From assembly GCF_000621165.1 (NCBI RefSeq), contig NZ_JHZA01000010.1, forward strand, positions 25,732 to 49,731: 24,000 nucleotides of DNA. Direction: 5' to 3'. Every line of letters starts with the position of its first letter. Position 1 is the first letter of the stretch. Origin of the DNA: Enterovibrio calviensis DSM 14347. Lineage in GTDB: Bacteria > Pseudomonadota > Gammaproteobacteria > Enterobacterales > Vibrionaceae. Both the position numbers and the translations under genes were made by a program. Below are positions 15,896 through 23,394 of the stretch, in pieces. The notes below the pieces were generated by a model. The model did no database searches and had not been told where the DNA came from. It was given only the letters and a program-made list of their open reading frames with translations.

Positions 15896-16194
15896 AACCC
15901 TTTGCAGCGAGCCAATACGGAAAGCGGGTCAGTCAGCACTTCTTCAATCGTGACGCAGTGGATTTTACTGCCAGAAAAACGAGCACGATCTTCAATCTCA
16001 ATATCTGAGGCGATCAGCACCACATCGGCACGGGCAATTTCTTGAATGCTGAGCGGGTTCTCGATACCCATGGCACCTTGCGTTTCCACATTGATGTGAA
16101 TGCCCGATTGCTGTGCAGCCTTTTTCAACTCGGCAGCAGCCATGTACGTGTGAGCAATGCCTGTTGGACAGGCGGTGACGGCAACTATCTTCAT
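15892..16194 (-). CDS. PTS EIIB component, fructose family (stand-alone)
   Basis: 100 aa. MKIVAVTACPTGIAHTYMAAAELKKAAQQSG has the Cys phosphorylation site and the CPTGIAHTYMAAE signature of EIIB(Fru). Confidence 0.9.
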   Translation of the reverse strand: MKIVAVTACPTGIAHTYMAAAELKKAAQQSGIHINVETQGAMGIENPLSIQEIARADVVLIASDIEIEDRARFSGSKIHCVTIEEVLTDPLSVLARCKGL

Positions 16195-16273
16195 GTTATC
16201 GATTCGACGTTATCTTTTGTCAGTGATGCGGAGGGCGCGAATTGTCGTTGAAGAACGCGCGTTCGTCAGTGAC

Positions 16274-16756
16274 TTAGCCCACGTTGTTAAAAGGATCTTC
16301 ATGGTGAACGGAAGAATCTGGCAATTTACCAAACGGACAATGACGACAGCCGTTCCCACAGCAGGTGCCACGTTTTAGGTGATACCACGCCGAAAACACC
16401 ATAAAGCCATTTTCCATCGTATAGTCCAATCCCTCTATCAGCTGTGGGTTCTTCGCATACGGCTTAGCCAGACGAATAAGCTCGTTGGTGGTGTAGGTTT
16501 GATAGATCTCGCCGAGTTGGGCGTTCACTTTCTTCGCTAAGCAGGTTTGGCAAAGGCAGGACAGATCGGGCTTATCGCTGGCTGGCAGTACATTCGGAAA
16601 CTGCATACACCAGCAACTTCCAGATTCAGCGGTACAAGTCAGTACGTCTCCGCACTCAGGACATTGGCTCATGGTCACAACGCGTTTTTGGTTCATGCCG
16701 CTATTGTAACGCAAGATGCTCCCATCATCTCGATTCAGTGACAGTGCTCGCTTCAT
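16274..16756 (-). CDS. cysteine-rich protein: CWC-type N-terminal module fused to DUF5522-like C-terminal module
   Basis: CPECGDVLTCTAESGSCWCMQ...CLCQTCL is followed by YTMENGFMVFSAWYHLKRGTCCGNGCRHCPF. The start is uncertain (ATG 16756, 16696 or 16672) and none has a clear SD. Confidence 0.7.
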   Translation of the reverse strand: MKRALSLNRDDGSILRYNSGMNQKRVVTMSQCPECGDVLTCTAESGSCWCMQFPNVLPASDKPDLSCLCQTCLAKKVNAQLGEIYQTYTTNELIRLAKPYAKNPQLIEGLDYTMENGFMVFSAWYHLKRGTCCGNGCRHCPFGKLPDSSVHHEDPFNNVG

Positions 16757-17104
16757 GCAGCGAGTGTAACGTCAAAATAGAGACACTTTGGCTCGGGCTA
16801 TGCCGCGTCAGGATATGAATTTAACGTTACATTAACAAATGTTGTTATCGACTCACCATTGAGACAGTGCCGCTCTCCGTTTCAGGATATATCTATGGCC
16901 CGTTATGGAAACCCCCGACATTTGTCTCTCCATTTGGTTAAATTTTAAGCGGATCTCACTTCTATATTATGTTGTGAATGGAATATCACTCCATAGTGAC
17001 TAATTATTCAAAGATCGGCTCATCAGCTTGCACTGATCGCCATGAGACAAGACGAAAAGAAAGGGTTTTCATGACTGGAAAATAGACCTAGTCATGGAGG
17101 CAAT

Positions 17105-18454
17105 ATGGTAAACACAACAACGAACGGTGATGGCAAGATGAGCCTGACTGCCAAGGTTGTTATCGGCTTAGTGGCCGGTATTATCCTTGGGTTGGCAATC
17201 AATATTCTCGGCTTAAATCCAGCAGGTGGATTCGTCGATACATACATCACAAACGGCTTGTTCCACGTTGTGGGCAAAATGTTTGTGAACGCGTTAAAAA
17301 TGATGGTAGTTCCGCTCGTACTCTTCTCACTCATTTGTGGGGTATGTGGGATTGGCGACATCAAAATGCTCGGGCGTGTGGGTAGTAAGTCCTTCATCCT
17401 GTATCTAATGACGACAGCGATTGCGATTGCCATTGCAATTACCGTGTCTTCATTAAGTGGTATCGGTGCTGGCATGAACATGGTTGCGGATGTGGCTTTC
17501 ACAGGAAAAGACGCGCCGCCGCTATCTCAGGTCTTGATTGATATCATTCCAAATAACCCAGTCAGTGCGCTATCTGAAGGTGAAATGCTGCAAATCATCT
17601 TCTTCGCCATCTTGATGGGTGTGTGTATTTTGATGGTGGGTAAGCCAGCGAAGAAAGTGGTTGAGCTGGTCGAAGTGCTAAACGAAGTGATGATGAAGAT
17701 GGTTACCGTCATCATGGAAATCGCACCTTATGCAGTTTTTTGTTTGATCGCAAAAGCCATGGCGAGCCTAGGTTTGGCACTGTTTGCTGAACTGATTGGT
17801 TACGTTGTGGTGTTGATCGGTGTGCTTCTTCTTCACCTCTTTGTTGTGTTGCCAACGTTCCTAAAAGTCTTTACCGGCTTGAACATCGCGACCTTCATGA
17901 AAAAAGTACGCAGCATGCAAGTGTTCGCATTCAGTACTGCAAGCTCGAATGCAACGATCCCAGTGACACTTCGCACAGTGACCGAGCGCCTAGGCGTGAA
18001 AAACTCTGTGGGTTCATTCACTGTACCTTTCGGTGCCACCATTAACATGGATGGTACGGCAATCATGCAAGGTGTTGCGACTGTGTTCATTGCGAACATT
18101 TATGGCGTTGACCTAGGCATTGGTGGCTACCTGACCGTTATCGTGATGGCGGTATTGGCGTCTATCGGTACTGCGGGTGTGCCTGGTGTTGGCTTGATCA
18201 TGCTGTCGATGGTATTCGCGCAAGTTGGTCTTCCACTAGAAGGCATTGGCTTGATCTTGGGTGTGGACCGTTTGCTTGATATGGTTCGTACCGCGGTTAA
18301 CGTAACCGGTGATGCGACCGTGAGCTGTATCGTCGCGAAAAGTGAAGGCAAGCTTGACGAGTCTGTGTTCAATGATCCAAACGCGGGTGCAATCTTGGAC
18401 GTTGAGATTGACCACGATGCAGAGAAAGAGTTGGCTGACGCCGCTAAAGACTAG
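17105..18454 (+). CDS. dicarboxylate/amino acid:cation symporter (DAACS/GltP family)
   Basis: 449 aa, polytopic. Family motifs FAFSTASSNATIPVT, GATINMDGTAIMQG, SIGTAGVPGVGLIML, VDRLLDMVRTAVNVTGDA. SD GGAGG at 17096-17100. Confidence 0.9.
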   Translation: MVNTTTNGDGKMSLTAKVVIGLVAGIILGLAINILGLNPAGGFVDTYITNGLFHVVGKMFVNALKMMVVPLVLFSLICGVCGIGDIKMLGRVGSKSFILYLMTTAIAIAIAITVSSLSGIGAGMNMVADVAFTGKDAPPLSQVLIDIIPNNPVSALSEGEMLQIIFFAILMGVCILMVGKPAKKVVELVEVLNEVMMKMVTVIMEIAPYAVFCLIAKAMASLGLALFAELIGYVVVLIGVLLLHLFVVLPTFLKVFTGLNIATFMKKVRSMQVFAFSTASSNATIPVTLRTVTERLGVKNSVGSFTVPFGATINMDGTAIMQGVATVFIANIYGVDLGIGGYLTVIVMAVLASIGTAGVPGVGLIMLSMVFAQVGLPLEGIGLILGVDRLLDMVRTAVNVTGDATVSCIVAKSEGKLDESVFNDPNAGAILDVEIDHDAEKELADAAKD

Positions 18455-18472
18455 TTCGAATGCATGTTGAGA

Positions 18473-18500
18473 AAAGAGCGCCGAAAGGCGCTCTTTTTTT
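18473..18500 (+). terminator. rho-independent terminator, probably bidirectional (symporter and convergent Nudix-PAP2 gene)
   Basis: 10-bp stem aaagagcgcc / ggcgctcttt, GAAA loop, T-run to 18500. An A-run before the stem gives a shorter T tract on the minus strand. Confidence 0.8.
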
Positions 18501-18549
18501 GTCTGCTATCTGAGGCTTCGGCGCATTTAGCGCTAATGGGAGTCATCCA

Positions 18550-19968
18550 TTACTTAGCGTTTGAAGCCCACTTCAGCGTTCCCCAGCCTAGCCAAATGGC
18601 AAGTATCACCATACCAACAGTGTTGGCCACCAAGATTTCAATGCTAGACCGAGAGACCTGAGACACCACAAACAGTGTCGCTGCAATGGCAGCGGTGCCC
18701 GCGAGGCTAACGGCAAACCCTTTCGTTCCCAAAGGTGCGGTAAGACGTTCATTCGACGCGCGTGAAAAATATAACACTGCCGAGAAAGCCAATGAAAAGA
18801 CCATGCAGTAAAGAAAGAGCGGTTGTATTTGAGTCATCGCGAAAGGCGCGACAAGCACACCTAAGCCCAACCATAGTCGACGGGACAGCATGCGAGGTGA
18901 CAGAGCTTGCGTGGCCAACACCATTAGCACACCCACAACCGCCCCTGCGATAACATCAGTGACATAGTGCACGCCAAGATAAACCCGACTAAGCGCAACA
19001 AGCGTGGCGGGAACCAGCCAAATTGCAAGCGAGGCGTTGCGCCCTGATTGTTTAAGCCATGAATAGACCAATCCCCAAACTACAAAGGCAGTGGCCGTGT
19101 GACCGCTCGGAAAGGCAAAACCTGATGCACCGCTGAGTTGTAACTCAGGGAAAACATAGAAAGGACGCGGAACGCCGAAGTAGAGCTTACCGAACGTGAC
19201 AATGACAGTCGCAACCACCGTGACAAACAAAACCTCAGCAGCGCGCTTTATCCCGCCGGTGGCCATCGCAAATGGGATCAGCAAAAAGAACAGCACGCCG
19301 CTGCCCAATGCCGACGAATAGTCCAAGAGACTCATCAGCACAGTGGCGAGTGGAGCTGGCAGCGCGATAACCGCCTGTTGGAAGCCTCGGTTGAAATCTG
19401 CATTCCACACAGTAAACGGTGAGGCGAGGGCGCTAAAATCGTCAAACGATTCTATCGGGCTTGGTGTGGCGGATTCGAGCAAAGTCGGAAACAGCGAGAC
19501 TTGCTCAGGGAATCGAGCGTTATCAAGCATCTCCTGATTGGGTTTCATCATATACACAGCGCGAACTTCGCGACCAAAATGTTCGGCACTCCATGCGGCG
19601 ACCGATGCCTTGTCTGATGGGGTGTTTGCCACAGGGATGGGTGATGTCGCTTGGCAATCAAACAAGATCGCGCTGCCCATTCGTGTTAACTCGCCCACAG
19701 CAACGACGGGAATCCCCGTTTCTTCCAATGTTTCCCGAATGGCGGCATCGGCGGGGTTATCGCTGTCGACGTATCCACCGGGAATGGAGATACGGTTGTT
19801 GAGCATATCTCGCGTAACAAGCACTCGCCCTTGGTGATCAGACACAAGGCAAGCAGCGCCTTTAATGCTTACTGCACGGCTATCAGCACTGCTTTCTGTC
19901 GTTTCTTCGGCAAATGACGTCGAAAGGGTAAAAAGGGAAAGTAAAAGGGCAATAACGTAGCGTTGCAT
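18550..19968 (-). CDS. exported Nudix hydrolase domain fused to a membrane PAP2 (type 2 phosphatidic acid phosphatase family) domain
   Basis: Signal peptide MQRYVIALLLSLFTLSTSFA|EE. Nudix box GGYVDSDNPADAAIRETLEETGI fits G-x5-(D for E)-x7-REuxEExGu. All three PAP2 motifs are intact: KLYFGVPRP (Kx6RP), FPSGH, SRVYLGVHYVTD (SRx5Hx3D). Multiple TM helices. Confidence 0.85.
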   Translation of the reverse strand: MQRYVIALLLSLFTLSTSFAEETTESSADSRAVSIKGAACLVSDHQGRVLVTRDMLNNRISIPGGYVDSDNPADAAIRETLEETGIPVVAVGELTRMGSAILFDCQATSPIPVANTPSDKASVAAWSAEHFGREVRAVYMMKPNQEMLDNARFPEQVSLFPTLLESATPSPIESFDDFSALASPFTVWNADFNRGFQQAVIALPAPLATVLMSLLDYSSALGSGVLFFLLIPFAMATGGIKRAAEVLFVTVVATVIVTFGKLYFGVPRPFYVFPELQLSGASGFAFPSGHTATAFVVWGLVYSWLKQSGRNASLAIWLVPATLVALSRVYLGVHYVTDVIAGAVVGVLMVLATQALSPRMLSRRLWLGLGVLVAPFAMTQIQPLFLYCMVFSLAFSAVLYFSRASNERLTAPLGTKGFAVSLAGTAAIAATLFVVSQVSRSSIEILVANTVGMVILAIWLGWGTLKWASNAK

Positions 19969-20158
19969 CAGAATGCTCTTGGATCATGGGCGAGGCCAAT
20001 ATTGTAGCGGAGGGAGGGGAGGCGATGAAACATATTTCAGAAAGGTGAAAATTCTCAATAAAGTGTTCAACGATGTTATGTTTTTGACACGTATCACGCG
20101 AAAAAACCGCGGTTTGATGGCTTTTTGAGCGTTTGATTTGTTTGGAGTAGAAAAGGGG

Positions 20159-20187
20159 TTTACACACTTCCAATTGGGCAGTAATAT
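20159..20187 (+). promoter_or_regulatory. sigma70-type promoter of the tRNA operon
   Basis: TTTACA (20159-20164), 17-nt spacer, TAATAT (20182-20187), then a GC-rich discriminator tcgcggc. tRNA-Ser starts at 20201. Confidence 0.55.
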
Positions 20188-20200
20188 TCGCGGCAACAAC

Positions 20201-20291
20201 GGAGAGATGGCTGAGTGGTTTAAAGCACCGGTCTTGAAAACCGGCGTGGGTTTATAGCCCACCTAGGGTTCAAATCCCTATCTCTCCGCCA
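20201..20291 (+). tRNA. tRNA-Ser (anticodon UGA), long variable arm, encoded CCA
   Basis: ggagaga...tctctcc acceptor stem, anticodon loop cTTGAAa, long variable arm (gtgggtttatagcccac), T-loop ggttcaaatcc, 3' gcca. Confidence 0.95.
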
Positions 20292-20334
20292 CATTCTAGA
20301 AGTTGGGTTGCAAAACCGGATTTCATACAGAATT

Positions 20335-20411
20335 GGAGCGGTAGTTCAGTTGGTTAGAATACCGGCCTGTCACGCCGGGGGTCGCGGGTTCGAGTCCCGT
20401 CCGCTCCGCCA
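20335..20411 (+). tRNA. tRNA-Asp (anticodon GUC), encoded CCA
   Basis: Nearly identical to the E. coli tRNA-Asp as I recall it (ggagcggtagttcagt.ggttagaatacc.gcctgtcacg...gggttcgagtcccgtccg.tccgcca). Anticodon loop cTGTCAc. Confidence 0.95.
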
Positions 20412-20420
20412 ATACAACGA

Positions 20421-20449
20421 AGCCTCAGTCGAAAGACTGGGGCTTTTTT
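20421..20449 (+). terminator. rho-independent terminator of the tRNA operon
   Basis: 10-bp stem agcctcagtc / gactggggct (one G-U pair), GAAA loop, T-run 20444-20449. Confidence 0.8.
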
Positions 20450-20879
20450 GTATCTAACGATCTCTTCAGCGTTCACTGTTGCCTCAAATCGGTTTAGCGC
20501 GACCACGCCAAATTGCTTATGCCTCATTGTGAACTTGGCTCTTTCTCTGCTCGGATAATAGCTCCCCCCCATTGGCCTTGTTCTTTCTAATCTGAACCGA
20601 GATTTTACTGTTGATAACCACAGCATCGCAGAGATCCAATGCATGGTGATGAAATATGACATTTTGGAGCTTTTTCACACATCGATATCTTGGGTGATTA
20701 AAAAAATCATTAAAATCATGCGGTAACGAGCGATTAAGGTATAATGCATTGTTATTATGAGACAAAGTGTCGTGTTTAATTCCGACATTTTGTCATCTAA
20801 TACACTGTTATGTTTCGGAGTATCCCGAAAATTTATAAAAAAATTATGCTTTATTTTGTACTTATAAAGAGAAAAATGA

Positions 20880-21575
20880 ATGGCGAAAAATAACAATATT
20901 CCTTGTGATTACCTTGTAAAACGTCAAAGAGTAATGGGAGACCTAACCGACCACCTTAACAAATTTATTCAAGAGAACCAAAATTTTCATTGGCATTACA
21001 AAGAGTTCGGTAAGCAAGTTGAGCAGCCGATAATAAATTTTCTTGTTAATAATGGTCTGCTTTCTAAGGACGAATTCAAAGACCAATCGGATAACAAAAA
21101 CGAAGTTCCAGATGTTATTGATCAACAATATTTACTACCAATATTTATTGATATTAAAGCTGGGAACACTGTGGCTTTTAGTACTGGCAAAAAAATAACT
21201 AATCCAAATCAAGATTTATCAACCACAGTTAAATGGAGGGATGAAATATTTAATAAGTTTGATGGTGAGTTATGTTATTTTATCGAGATTAAATACAATC
21301 ATTCTAAAGGTAATAACTTATATGTGGAAGAATGTCACATTGATCACTTTTATAACTTTGTTGGAAAAACACAAGCTGGACTAATTTCTCACAGAAATAG
21401 AAATGTAAGGACAAAATCATGGAATTCAGAATCACAATTTAAAGATTCTGAAGAGTTCAAGGGTTTACTAGATAAAACTATTTCATTTGCTGTTAAAAAT
21501 GCGCTTTTTAACGGTTCTAAAAATTTAACCGAAGATGACAAAATAGAGATAATAGAACACTTGAAAGGGAAATAG
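20880..21575 (+). CDS. PD-(D/E)xK nuclease-fold protein, restriction-endonuclease-like (EcoRV-like core motifs); no adjacent methyltransferase
   Basis: 231-aa ORF in clearly AT-rich DNA. Hand counts of two 60-nt lines give about 33-35% G+C, against about 48% for a line in the Nudix-PAP2 gene. Motif string ...VEQPIINFL...NEVPD(78)VIDQQYLLPIFID(91)IK(93)AG... parallels EcoRV ...SRPIINKI...HYPD(74)FTLYKPSEPNKKIAID(90)IK(92)TT as I recall it. A second ExK candidate is FIEIK (aa 134-138). Confidence 0.6.
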   Translation: MAKNNNIPCDYLVKRQRVMGDLTDHLNKFIQENQNFHWHYKEFGKQVEQPIINFLVNNGLLSKDEFKDQSDNKNEVPDVIDQQYLLPIFIDIKAGNTVAFSTGKKITNPNQDLSTTVKWRDEIFNKFDGELCYFIEIKYNHSKGNNLYVEECHIDHFYNFVGKTQAGLISHRNRNVRTKSWNSESQFKDSEEFKGLLDKTISFAVKNALFNGSKNLTEDDKIEIIEHLKGK

Positions 21576-21732
21576 ATGCACCTCAAAAAAGCATATTTGG
21601 TATGACATATTTTCTTTAAATTATAGTAAAAATCTCCCAAACATAACAAGTCACTTAAAAGGACAAATAGTAGTTGGTTTTGTTTCTTCATCGCTTATTT
21701 TAACCAACAACTATTTTCCTCTTAGTGAGGCG

Positions 21733-23054
21733 CTGAAGGATCCCCTCATAATTCGCCCAGCCCTGCCGTATGTACAAGTCTTTGATATTCGAACATAGCC
21801 CATTGATATTGCTGCTCACTGATGCGATATCGCCGGTGATTTCTCACCTCGCGGCCCAGACGAGGAATGGAAAGAACACGCCGATGCTTAATAGTATTTG
21901 CTTGAAAGTCGTATTGCCATTTGGCTTTTGTCGCAATGAGGCCGTTCCACCACATGAGTATCTCTGCCAACAGCGCAATCAATAGCAAGATGTTGAGGCG
22001 CTTAATACAACGCGTTCGGTTGTGTCTCAGAGCCAGTCCATATGCGGGACTTTCAAGTCGCGGAAGGCTTCTTCAATCTGCATTCTCTTTTCATATAAGC
22101 GAGTTATCTGAACCGCGTTGAGCGTATTATCCGGGATGTTAGTGACGAGTAACCAAGGCTCGTTGGCGCTTTTGGCAAAGAGACGAGACGCCGTATGCTT
22201 CTTGCTGGTACGGGCATGACGTTGCACTTTACGTCCTTTCGGGGTCTGTTTTACAAGATGAGCATGACAAGCAAGTGGAGAGCGGCGTGCCAGTTGGCAA
22301 GTGCCCAGATAGGCGGGTTTGTTGCTCGCATTGGGATAGAGTGCTTTATTGCATTGCCAATCTTGACGGTCGAGTTTGATAGCGACCTCACCACGGACAC
22401 GACCCAGCCAGAACCAACCGTTATTCTGAACCTGTCGGAACCAGGTGTTTCGAAAGCCAGCATCAGAAACGATGATAGGTGTAGTGCCAAGAGGAAGGAT
22501 TTCTTGAAGTTTATCAACGAAGTGTTGATGTGTTTTGGGCGAGTTATATTGCGCATATTCAAAGGCTTGTTCGTACAGCGTCACGGCACGACCGTCGAGA
22601 GCGATAGAGGCTCGCAATGTCATATAGCGAAGTTGCTCCCTAACATCCGACCAATCGACCAAAATCACCGGGCAAGGGTTAGCGCGGGCAATAAGGTTGG
22701 CATGCCATTTATAGATATCGTCTTTTTCACGATGCAATTGCGTATTGCCAAGCAAACGGTCGATACGCTTGATGGCATGTTTAGCGGTGGTCATGACGTT
22801 CAGAGAGCGGCCAAGTTTAGTGAGCGTAAGGTCCGCCCCATCGAGTGAGGATTGCGTCGCAAGTATCAGAGAGTGAAGCCGTTTTTTATGAATAGTGGGA
22901 CACTGATTTTGTAAAGTATCTTGTAGTATTTGAATATCGCGCATCGTTCATCCCTTTTGGTGGAATGTGGTTTTTGGCGAAATTCATTAGATCAAAAGGG
23001 TCGGTGCGCGTCTTTCTCATTGTTTAGAAAAGGAATTTTGAGGGGATTCGCTAG
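21733..23054 (-). mobile_element. IS10-like insertion sequence (IS4 family), 1322 bp
   Basis: Terminal inverted repeats CTGAAGGATCCCCTCATAATTCG (21733-21755) and the reverse complement of 23032-23054, CTAGCGAATCCCCTCAAAATTCC. They match 17/23 and resemble the IS10 inside and outside ends. Flanking 9-bp repeats are AGTGAGGCG (21724-21732) and ATTGAGGCG (23055-23063), 8/9 identical. The transposase ATG lies 110 nt from the outer end, as in IS10. Confidence 0.85.
21746..22944 (-). pseudogene. IS10-like (IS4 family, DDE) transposase, interrupted by a -1 frameshift
   Basis: ORFs 22027..22944 and 21746..21988 are colinear with the IS10 transposase (HxIKRIDRLLGN, ILVDWSD, IVSDAGF, YxKRMQIEEAFRDLK / SPAYGLALRHNRT...LLIALLAE...FQANT). 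Reading continues as RDLK|SPAYGL only if one A is added to the AAA run at 22051-22053 (TTT on the plus strand). Confidence 0.85.
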
Positions 23055-23394
23055 ATTGAGGCGTTATCCCATGTTCTCAATGAATGTACTTTGCTTCGAG
23101 GTTTGACGAGCTAAACCTATTTTCATAGCTAGTGATATGTATCTGGCTTGGTCGTGATTGAAGCTTTATCGGTTTGTTTCTAAAGCGGGTGGTAAAAATG
23201 GGACACACATACTTAGAAAAAATCCAAACAACCTCAAATAGCGGTCTTTGATTCATGGCATTAAGGCAACATCGTCTGGATTTTTCACCATTGGAGTAGA
23301 AATTTGGTCAACTTACAGAGGATTAGAAAAAATTAGATGTGCGAAAGCCACCTGTATGGTGGGGATTAGACGATTGAAGGTAATTATCGTGGCG

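Noticed and set aside
20354-20662. 102-aa minus-strand ORF.
   Set aside because: It overlaps tRNA-Asp and its terminator in antisense. The translated sequence is Arg-rich nonsense typical of reading a tRNA backwards.
20517-20765. Minus-strand 82-aa ORF (TTG start) containing 'ALYLNRS' and 'KLQNVIF...DAVVINS'. These superficially recall the Dam-family MTase motifs 'FLYLNR', 'KAQNAFF' and 'VVYCDPPY', so this could be the missing methylase relic for the nuclease-like gene.
   Set aside because: Spacing is far too short relative to Dam or M.EcoRV. There is no FxGxG SAM motif upstream and no DPPY. The matches are short, low-complexity strings in AT-rich DNA. Keep it only as something a tblastn could rule in or out.
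20675-21691. Minus-strand ORFs 20675..20896 (73 aa), 20943..21128 (61 aa) and 21389..21691 (100 aa) in the AT-rich islet.
   Set aside because: Their translations are Ile/Phe/Lys/Leu-rich and hydrophobic or low-complexity, as expected by chance in AT-rich DNA. Two are antisense to the better-supported nuclease-like ORF. No SD sequences were seen.
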